From Rebecca billardiae RCC1528 (taxonomy: Eukaryota; Protista; Haptophyta), in contig OZ251230.1 in assembly GCA_965240325.2 (NCBI GenBank), forward strand, positions 2,480,001 to 2,544,000: a DNA stretch of 64,000 nt, read 5' to 3'. The notes under the pieces were generated by a model. The model did not search any database. It saw nothing but the letters and a program-made list of their open reading frames with translations, and was not told where the DNA came from. Both the position numbers and the translations under genes were made by a program. Shown here one piece after another: positions 56,056-64,000 of the stretch (its first letter is position 1; each line of letters opens with the position of its first letter).

Positions 56056-58433
56056 GGGGGTCCATCAGATTAAATTGAGTTTTGATTTCTTTTCTTTTCC
56101 TTTTCAGAACTTGTTCGGCGTGTTTTCGCGATCGGCAGATTCCAAATCCGCGCTCGGCTGGCCCCGGCGCGGGAGCGGAGCTCTGAACGGGGTCGGCGAG
56201 GCTGATGGCCCTCGTCGACGGCCGTCCGCTCGCCGTTGGGCGCGCCCACCTCGGCGCAGGCGCCTCGCCGAGCGGCTGGGCGGCTGCGGACAGGTAGCCA
56301 TGCTTCGTGTGGACCGGGCTCTCGCTGGGAGTCGCTGGTCAGTCGACGCTCGTGCTTCATGATTTGAATATGCGTGCTCAACGTGTGCTGCCCGCGACCA
56401 AGGAGCGCGTCCTAGGAGCACGTGCAGGCGAGCAACGCGGAGACGAACATGCGCAACGCGGTGGGATGGGCATCGGCAACGACTCGACGCTGTCTCCTTC
56501 CCCACCCGACGCTGCCTTCTCGCCCTCGGACGTGCCCGCGACGCCTCTGCTGCAAGGGCCAGCTACCGCTGACCAACTTGCGGACCGCTGTGCCGGGCAT
56601 GACGAGGTCCAGGGCGCGGCAGATGATGATGCACGCGTGCCCATGGATGTGTGCGACCCGCCCGAGGTCCCCGCCGGCACCGCCGATGGGCTCGCCTCCT
56701 CCGCGGACGGCCTCTGCTGTGTGCAACCGTGCAGGCCCGAGCTACGGCCTGACGTCAACGTCAGCGCGCAGCAGCTCGAGGAGACGGCGGTGGCGGCGCG
56801 CGCCATCCACGTGCTGCAGCCCTTGGCCGGTCGGCTCGTGGCCGGCACTCGCCCGCGGTACGCATCGGTGCTCAACTTCATGCTCCTCGACCTCCTCCGC
56901 ACGCTCATGGACCTCATGCTCGAGAACTTGAAGAAGCACAAGCCGTTGGTCAGAGTGTTCACCCCTGCGTGCGCCCAGACCGCGCGCGACGGTGGGACGA
57001 AGAAGCCCAAGGCACTCGCGCTCGTCTGCGCGGATGCGCTCGGCATCTCGGCGCGCCACGACTCGCCGCTGCTGGAGGTGATCGGCATCTGGCTGATGAC
57101 CGTGCACAGGTGGTGGAAGGCCAGGAACAAGGACATGGAGCGCATCCTGAGCCGGAAGCAGGGCGCGTCGGCGGCGGAGAGGAAGGCGGAGCTGGATGCC
57201 GACGACACGTCGCTGGGCGCCGGCGACGACAGCTGCCCCTTCCGCGACCTCTACTCGCCCCCCGACGCCGGCGCGCCGCGCGCGTCCGCAGCAGGCCGCG
57301 TGCAGGTGCCGCTGCACGAGCAGCGCGTGACTCCTGCTGAGCACGCGATCATCTTGGAGCAGCAGGTGCGCCTGACGGAGCAGCAGGTGGAGCTGGACTC
57401 GTCGCGCAAGGCGACCGCGCGCGCCGTCGCCGACGCTGCGCGCGCCAGCTTGCGCGCCGACGCATCCGAGCGCAGCGCGCGGGGGGGCACAGATCGCGCT
57501 GCGGCCGAGCGGGCTGCCATGGCTGCCGACTGCGTGCAGTTCGAGCGCGAGAGGAGAGCGGCGGAGCTCGAGGGCGAGCGCGCGGCGAAGCGCGCGCAGT
57601 CCGCCGCAGTACCGGTGGACCGGTGACGGCCTCGCGTGGGCTGGGGGACCAACGGCGACGACGCCGGTGACACAGAGCACGGGCACGGAAGTCGCCGGAC
57701 GGACGCGGCAAGCTCGGCGGCGGCGATCGCACGCAAGCGTCGATGGCGGAGGACTCTCTCACGACTATGGGGATGGTGGCATGCTCAGAGGTGCGCTTGG
57801 TAGTGTGCTTCGGCACGCAGCCCGCCGCCCGCATCAGGTCCGGCCGGGCCTGCTGCGGCACGGTTTGAGTGGCATGAGCCCGCCGTCTCCGCGCGGCGGC
57901 GCGGCCTATTCGGATGACCCAGCACGAATAGTGAACAAGGTACCCCCATATTGACACCACCCTGAATATATATTTAAAACTCACCCGCACTGTATAATAA
58001 ACGGGTAGGTAAGCGCATATACGTGATGGGTACGTGTCTATAATTAAGTGGGTAACATGCTCGATCTTGGAGTAGTTTTTCACCGACCTCTAAGCACACT
58101 CATCGTGCCTACTAAAATTTAGCGCAAGTCCACCTTAATTTTGTTGGGGCGGGTTGCAACGGTTATGAATAAGTGATTTCGACGATATACCGTCATTTAG
58201 CCGCCATAACAAGTCGTTGACGTTTGGCTGAATCTGTATGTGACACAGTGGTGCAGCTGGCGTGCGCGCACGACCGCGCGACGGCACGCGGAGTCGGTTT
58301 TGGGTGCTTCTGACGGCTGGGCTGGGTTCCGGGACATATTTGTGGGTGCCTCCGCAAGCGCAACGCTCGTCAGACACCTAAATCGCATGGTTGTCGAAAA
58401 TCACAATTCAGTGGGCTGCTGTCATGGACCCCC
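56056..58433. mobile_element. Possible TIR element (Harbinger- or Kolobok-like ends) carrying one ORF
   Basis: GGGGGTCCAT at 56056 and ATGGACCCCC ending at 58433. Flanks TTAA / TATT form only an imperfect TSD. Confidence 0.45.
56369..57626 (+). CDS. Hypothetical protein with helical core and C-terminal coiled coil
   Basis: Gene-like codon usage in ORF 56307-57626 (RYASVLNFMLLDLLRTLMDLMLENLKKHK...IGIWLMTVHRWWKARN). Start uncertain; no family recognised. Confidence 0.5.
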
Positions 58434-58566
58434 TATTGACAAGTATTTGAAGTAAGCTATAGTACATAGTGGATGTACAGTACTAGTGATATGTTAATAC
58501 CGGCCCGCCAACCGGCGTACAACACCGCATTGGCGTCGCTGATGGAGCTGTTCATGACCTCATGGC

Positions 58567-59982
58567 TCATGATGCGGTCGCCCCTCTGAGTCCGTGCGCC
58601 TGAGTCTGAGACGGAGTGCGCTGCCACGCCCACGACCAGGCGGAGCCTGACCGTGAGCTAGCGGCGCCGCGGCTGATTCGGCGCGCGTGCTGCATCGCGC
58701 GGCGCAGCGAGGAGTGCACCGCGCCGCCCGGATCGACGCGCACGATTTCTTCCGTGAGCTCACGCCCGCAGCGCGCGATGGTGTACTCGACCGCGGGCGA
58801 GCCCTCGGGCGGGCCGGCGCCGTGCCCGGCCAGCCCTCGCCTGGCGAACGGCCACCACGGCTGCGCTTTGGACATGCGCTCGAGCTTCTTCTCGAAGCCG
58901 AGCGCACTGTCCAGCCAGCCCTGGCTGCGCAGCAGCGTCGCGGTCGTCACATGCTGCTGGAAGAAGTACGGCCACATGAAGAGCATCAGGTTGAACAAGG
59001 CCCACGGCACGATCAGCACGAATAAAAAGATGTACTCGTTCCGGTAGACTGCCTCTGTGCTGAGCGGCGCGAACCAAGTGCCGCTCTCGGGCGCGTGCGG
59101 GTTGGTGGCGTGCGCGTAGATCATCGCGCAGGTGAAGAACTGCAGCGCCAGCCCGAAGTTCATCGCGTTGTCCAGCAGCGTCGGGTAGTTCTTCTTCGGC
59201 ACCTCCGCCGCCAGCACGTACTGGAAGGCCACCGACGTGAGCAGCAGCGTGAGTGCGACCGCGCACCGGTCGGCGACGTCGTGGCGGTCGATGAGCACGA
59301 CGTTGGCGTTCATCACCACGATCACGCAGAACGGCACGAGCAGGTGCACGCGGTACCAGTACGAGTTGCGCGCCGCCTCGATCACCACGAAGCACTTGTG
59401 GTACGCGCGGCCGGACGTCGCGACCAGCCCGGGCGCGGCCACGCCTGGGATGACCAGCATGGGCGCCTGCGTGTTGTAGACCTCCCACCGGCCCGCGCGC
59501 GACTTGATCAGGCTGGCGCGCCCAGGGTACGGCACGAACTCGACCTCGCTCGTGTCCCTGTACGTGGCCAGGTGGATGGCGAGCAGCTGGTTGTCGAACG
59601 GGAACGCCTGCAGCTCGAGGCTCTCCGCCAGCTCGGCGCGATACTTGCGGAACTGGTGCATCACGCCGTTGGCGGGGTCGATGCAGATCGTGAGGTCGCT
59701 CACCACCTCGATGTACCCCGCGACGTTGGAGATGTACAGGTTCGGCTTCCAGCACCCGGTGATGAGCTCGTTGAGCTTGTCCGAGCCGCGCTTGGGCGAG
59801 CCGGCGGCCGCGTACTGCTCGGCAAACCCCCTCGCGCGCCATGTGAACTTGAGGTCGAGCTCGACGCTGAAGGCCTCCTGCGAGTCGTTCACGGTGTTCA
59901 GCGTCAGCTCGAAGCTCACACCCACCCGGGCCGGCTCGCTCGGCCCGGGCTCCGGTGCCGGCGACTTCTTCGCGGCGAGCAT
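58567..59982 (-). CDS. Cys-less (Pro-loop) pentameric ligand-gated ion channel, ELIC/GLIC-like
   Basis: WKPNLYISN loop A, LQAFPFDNQLL Pro-loop without flanking Cys, four TM helices, M2 DRCAVALTLLLTSVAF and M2-M3 loop VPKKNYPTLLD. ATG at 59982; the upstream ORF extension is MITE-derived. Confidence 0.9.
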   Translation of the reverse strand: MLAAKKSPAPEPGPSEPARVGVSFELTLNTVNDSQEAFSVELDLKFTWRARGFAEQYAAAGSPKRGSDKLNELITGCWKPNLYISNVAGYIEVVSDLTICIDPANGVMHQFRKYRAELAESLELQAFPFDNQLLAIHLATYRDTSEVEFVPYPGRASLIKSRAGRWEVYNTQAPMLVIPGVAAPGLVATSGRAYHKCFVVIEAARNSYWYRVHLLVPFCVIVVMNANVVLIDRHDVADRCAVALTLLLTSVAFQYVLAAEVPKKNYPTLLDNAMNFGLALQFFTCAMIYAHATNPHAPESGTWFAPLSTEAVYRNEYIFLFVLIVPWALFNLMLFMWPYFFQQHVTTATLLRSQGWLDSALGFEKKLERMSKAQPWWPFARRGLAGHGAGPPEGSPAVEYTIARCGRELTEEIVRVDPGGAVHSSLRRAMQHARRISRGAASSRSGSAWSWAWQRTPSQTQAHGLRGATAS

Positions 59983-60022
59983 TGCCGCGCAAACGCCCGC
60001 TGATGAATAAGTGGGACGCCAC

Positions 60023-60472
60023 CAGGGCTCCAAGACGGTACACCGGACACCGGTAAATACCGTACCGAGGTGCGTACCGGTGCGTACCGGTATCGGGTAT
60101 GCACCGCCACAAACTGCCGCGCACCGGTGAGAGTCCGGGAGGGGTCGTGTGCGCCCGGACCACAGCACCCGCGAGTACGGAGTACGCGGAGCTGTCACTT
60201 GTCAGTGTCCGAGGTCGGAGTCACTGCTGGCACTCTCAGGGGAGGCGCCAATACGCCGCCGATTTCGTCCAATAATTGGGCTGTTTCTATATCATATATA
60301 ATCAGTAAAATAATAGGCCCAAAATTTTTCTTCGCCTCGGGCTGGCGGGGCCCCGGGGGGGACACCCCCCGGACCCCCCCGGCCCCCGCGCGCGCACCGG
60401 TGTACCGGTACACCGGCGCCTGCGGCGCCGGTGCACCGGTACGCGTACCGAGCACCGGATCTTTGAGCCCTG
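60023..60472. mobile_element. hAT-type MITE in a divergent intergenic (putative bidirectional promoter) region
   Basis: TIR CAGGGCTCCAAGA / TCTTTGAGCCCTG, perfect 8-bp TSD GACGCCAC (60015-60022, 60473-60480) and subterminal ACCGGT-rich repeats. Confidence 0.92.
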
Positions 60473-60634
60473 GACGCCACGGCAATGGCTGGCCCTTCAC
60501 CGTCGTCACTGTGCATTCCCTCTTAGCAGAGGCCCCAATCAAATTTACAGCGGTCAAAGCCGCCCGATTTGGCGATCATAATTTGCATCGCCATGCACGA
60601 TGGCCGCGGCACCTTTCGCGCCAAGGCTCAGGCG

Positions 60635-61858
60635 ATGCTTCCGGCGCTCGCGCTTTGGTCCACGCTCATCGGCGTGCAGAGCAGGTCGGCGCCCTGTACG
60701 GGGGTTGAATTTCGCCTGGTCAACATCCACGTCGGGAAAAGTGCGGCTCAGCGACCGCCGCACACGCGCCGGGCGTGCAACTTCGCGCGGGCTGACCTTG
60801 CGCATGCGGGCTGCGCGTCGGTGCTGTGCCGTGTTGCCTCCCCCGCAGCCGGTGGTTCCACACTGCAGACATACCTCAAACACACGCGCGTCCGAAACGT
60901 GCGAACGGTGCACGTAAAGCCTGTCGACATGAGCCGGGCGCTGTGCTCTCTGCGCGCGCTGGAGGACAGGAGGGTGGTTGTGGGGCTGCGTGATCCCGTC
61001 GAGCGGGTAGTGAGCGCCTTCAACTGGCGGCACATCGACGGCGGAGGGCAGGTCTACCGCTTCAAGAATCGGCCGACTGGGCTCTTCGAGCCCGTCCTGT
61101 ACGGTTGCTTCGCTCGCGTGGACGCGTTTGCGCGCGCCCTCGTGCACGCGGACGCCCCGTCCGCCAGCTGCCTCGAGACCGCCGAGACGGCCATCGACCC
61201 GAGCCGATGGAAGCAGAGGCTCGTAAGCCTGCACGTGGGGATGGGCTACCGGTACCACATGCCTGCCGAGGCGCTGGACTTCATCACGACGAACGCGACC
61301 TCGTACGCGGTGCGCTTTGACCGGCTCGACGACGACGCACGCGGCCTCGTGCGCTGGCTGAACGGCACGCGCTTCTGGCCACCGGACAATCTGACCGACC
61401 CGGACAGCCTCGCGCAGGTCGTGCCGAGGAGGCGAGCGGCGGACTTCCCGCGGAAGCATGACCGGATCGAGGACGAGGCCACGTCGTTCGCGCTCGCGAA
61501 GAAGCTGGTCGACGAATACGAGGTGGTAGCGCGGCTGCTGTGCGCGAGCGTGAACGCGCGAGCGGTGCCTTCACAGTTTGGCCGGCTTCGGCTCCTTGAC
61601 TGTGCCACCTCGCCGCCGCGGATGGAGCTCGTGCCGCTCGCGACGCCGCAGCGAGCCTACAACGCCTCGGACAAGCGGTCGCAACCGGGGCCCAGCGCGA
61701 GAGCGACGAGCGTCGGTGCCGGCGGCGGCAGGGCCCGCGATGCTGTGGCCGCAGTGGCGGTAGATGTCAACACATCAGTGCCGTCGACAGCAGGCCGCAC
61801 GACACTCGGCAGCGCCGCAGCGCGCACGGCCACCGCCACCGGCACCGGGCAAACCTGA
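60635..61858 (+). CDS. Sulfotransferase (family 2-like) with one 108-nt in-frame intron
   Basis: Signal-like MLPALALWSTLIGV (alternative ATG at 60593). Removing intron 60741-60848 (GTGCGG..CCGCAG) restores IHVGKTGGST; 3'-PB motif VVVGLRDPVERVVSAFNW. Confidence 0.85.
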   Translation: MLPALALWSTLIGVQSRSAPCTGVEFRLVNIHVGKSAAQRPPHTRRACNFARADLAHAGCASVLCRVASPAAGGSTLQTYLKHTRVRNVRTVHVKPVDMSRALCSLRALEDRRVVVGLRDPVERVVSAFNWRHIDGGGQVYRFKNRPTGLFEPVLYGCFARVDAFARALVHADAPSASCLETAETAIDPSRWKQRLVSLHVGMGYRYHMPAEALDFITTNATSYAVRFDRLDDDARGLVRWLNGTRFWPPDNLTDPDSLAQVVPRRRAADFPRKHDRIEDEATSFALAKKLVDEYEVVARLLCASVNARAVPSQFGRLRLLDCATSPPRMELVPLATPQRAYNASDKRSQPGPSARATSVGAGGGRARDAVAAVAVDVNTSVPSTAGRTTLGSAAARTATATGTGQT

Positions 61859-61936
61859 TCTGAGTGATAATCATCCATGGCGCGCGATATGAAATTTCAG
61901 AAGATCCGGAATATATATATATATATATATATATGA

Positions 61937-63660
61937 TGACCGCGTTCCGCGGTCTTTTTCCGTAGAACGAACGTATAGTTCGGGGCCCGCGGTGCACCCT
62001 CCGTCGGCTGCTGTCTCAGTCTGACATGTGTAAGTGTAACAGTTCGCCTGAGCTGCCACCGCCAACTCAGTCACTGCCGCCCACCGGGCCGGCGGGCCGA
62101 TGAGGACTGTCGCCGCGGGCCGCCGCGGGGACTAGCGGCCGGCGCGCGCGCGCAGGCAGGGCGAGGCCGAGAGGCGCTGGCGCGGCGCGAGCCGGCGCAT
62201 GCGCGCGAGCGGGCGCACCTGCTTGAGGTACTCGCCCTGCGCCATGCGCTCGACGACGGGCCGCTGGTCGCTCAGCCGGCGCGCCTCGTGCCGGCAGAGC
62301 GAGAGCGCGCGCCACTGCTGGCCCCGGCCTGCCGGCTGCGCAGCCGCGCACCAAGACCGACCGAGCGGAGCTCGGGGCGGTGGAACGAGGCGAGCGGCGC
62401 GTCGCGCCTGCCGCCGCGCGTGCGCGCCTGCTCCACCGCGCCGCCGTGCTCGCCCGCCGCCTCCTCCGCCGCGTCGGCCTCGAAGACGGCGGCTGCCAGC
62501 GGCAGGCTGAGCCGCGCGCGCTCACTCAGTGAGTCACTCACACTGTGAGTCACACCCGCGGTCGCCTCGACGGCCATCTATCCACAGCTGCTCGAGCTGC
62601 TGAAGGGCGCCGCGACGATGGCGGCGCGGGCGCCCAGCGCGTCCGTTGCCGCGTCGCTCAGCTCGTCGAGCTCGGCGCCGCACTTCGCCAGCTTGGCGCC
62701 TAGCGCCTCCGCGTGTCACGTGCTCGTGCACGTCAGCCTGCTGATACGCCGCCGCCCATCGGCACTTCTGGCATCTGCGCGCGCAGCTGCTGCAGCTCGA
62801 CGGCGGAGTCGTCGCGGCTGGCGGCGAGGGTGCGCACCGCGTCGATTGCCGAGGCCTGCAGCCCGGTGATCGCCGCGTCGACGCGCGCGGCGATTTCCCC
62901 ACGCAGCTCCTCGCGCCACGTGGCCGCCGCTCGCGTGCAGGCAGCTGGGCGCCGCTGCGCGACCCAGGAACCGGCGCGCGTCGCAAGGCACTCCCTTGGA
63001 CAGGCTCCGCAGTTGACGACCTCTTTCACCTCGGCACGTGCCTTAAGTAGCTCTCTGATCAAGAGTGCCTTGCGTGCCGGGTAGCTCTCTGATCAGTAGG
63101 TTACGACGCGGTGGATTCATTCTCCTGATGGCTCATTGATGAATACCATTTGTCGTCACGAAGCGGTGGATTCGTTCTCCTGATGGCTCCTTGATGAATA
63201 CCATTTGTCAGATGGCGACGATCAGGTAACGAGTGGTAAAGAGTCCGGTCATACGCGACCCGCTTCCTCTGCAATCCCAGCTTTCGGCATACGCGGGTAC
63301 TACGATACATTATGGCCCGCGGTGAAGATAAATACGATGAGAGTCGTTGCGGCGGCGAGGCCATATTTATTTATTACTATGGTCACACATGAACGAGAGG
63401 CTACCCACAATTACCCTGCCTGGCGCACTTGGGCGTGGGTTTCGTTGATTCCTCTGTTCACTATTCAAGACGGCGGACGCGCCCTTTTTCGACGCTAATG
63501 CACCTGTAAGGGAGTCTCAAAATCGAAACTCGGTCTCCTCCAGCCCTAAAAAATCGCCCCCCGTCCCTTTTTTCTTGATCAAAGATCTTTTTGAAACGTG
63601 GTTCGGGCCCGCTGGTGCGGGCTCCACGCTGCGCGCTCCGCCCTGCACCGCGGGCCATAA
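61937..63660 (-). mobile_element. Helentron/Helitron2-like non-autonomous element, copy 2
   Basis: Same terminal hairpin and subterminal GGCCCGCGGTGCA (~61984), which is the exact inverse of TGCACCGCGGGCC (63644-63656). An extra IR at ~63605 forms an end stem-loop. Adjacent to (TA)n at 61911-61934. Confidence 0.62.
63047..63209 (+). repeat. Short internal tandem duplications (34-bp and 55-bp periods)
   Basis: GTAGCTCTCTGATCA at 63047 and 63081; GCGGTGGATTC.TTCTCCTGATGGCTC.TTGATGAATACCATTTGTC at 63108 and 63163. Confidence 0.85.
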
Positions 63661-64000
63661 TATATAGATGATCATCTGACCAAGTCGGATGATCATCCCT
63701 GTGACTACAGACTAGCACGGAGCGGGACGTCGATGCGGCTGGCGGCGGCCGACGCGGCGTGTCGCGTGACCGAGTCCGAGTCGGAGCTTGTCGAGTGACA
63801 CCGTTGGCGTCACCGTGTCCATGACGTCCGTGTCCGTGACCGACGGCGACGGCGACGCCCGCGCCGACGGTGACCGGATGTCGGATGACGGAGTCGGAGT
63901 ACGCGTACCGGTCTTAGGTCCGTCTCACAATTCGGACGATGACACGGAGAGTGACAATGGTAGGTGCGGTGACACGCACTAGAATTATTATCGCGGCGGA

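Noticed and set aside
59983-60198. N-terminal extension of the channel ORF (and 53049-53153 for the sulfotransferase)
   Set aside because: These start at non-ATG codons or lie within MITEs delimited by TSDs.

Overview
Very GC-rich eukaryotic DNA with short GT(GCGC)...(G)CAG spliceosomal introns, (TA)n microsatellites and dense transposon debris. It resembles an algal or protist genome (a haptophyte is plausible but cannot be proven from the window). The left 26 kb is one giant minus-strand gene that the ORF track essentially misses, because the real frame runs off the window without a stop. Its architecture is: signal peptide, 7 RCC1/BLIP-II-like repeats, a ~5,750-residue (SPPP)n polyproline rod, 3 IPT/TIG domains, REJ, a GPS autoproteolysis motif and transmembrane segments. 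That makes a polycystin-1-like receptor of >8,300 aa, interrupted by one 1-nt homopolymer frameshift. The right 38 kb holds a few ordinary genes: an F-box/RCC1 protein, two sulfotransferases, a Cys-less ELIC-like pentameric ligand-gated channel and a coiled-coil protein. These sit among many mobile elements: a Gag-only LTR element with apparently identical LTRs, two Helentron-like elements with captured exon fragments, hAT-, Tc1/mariner-, P- and CACTA-like non-autonomous elements, a 310-bp-arm foldback and several hairpins. No rRNA, tRNA or CRISPR was found.
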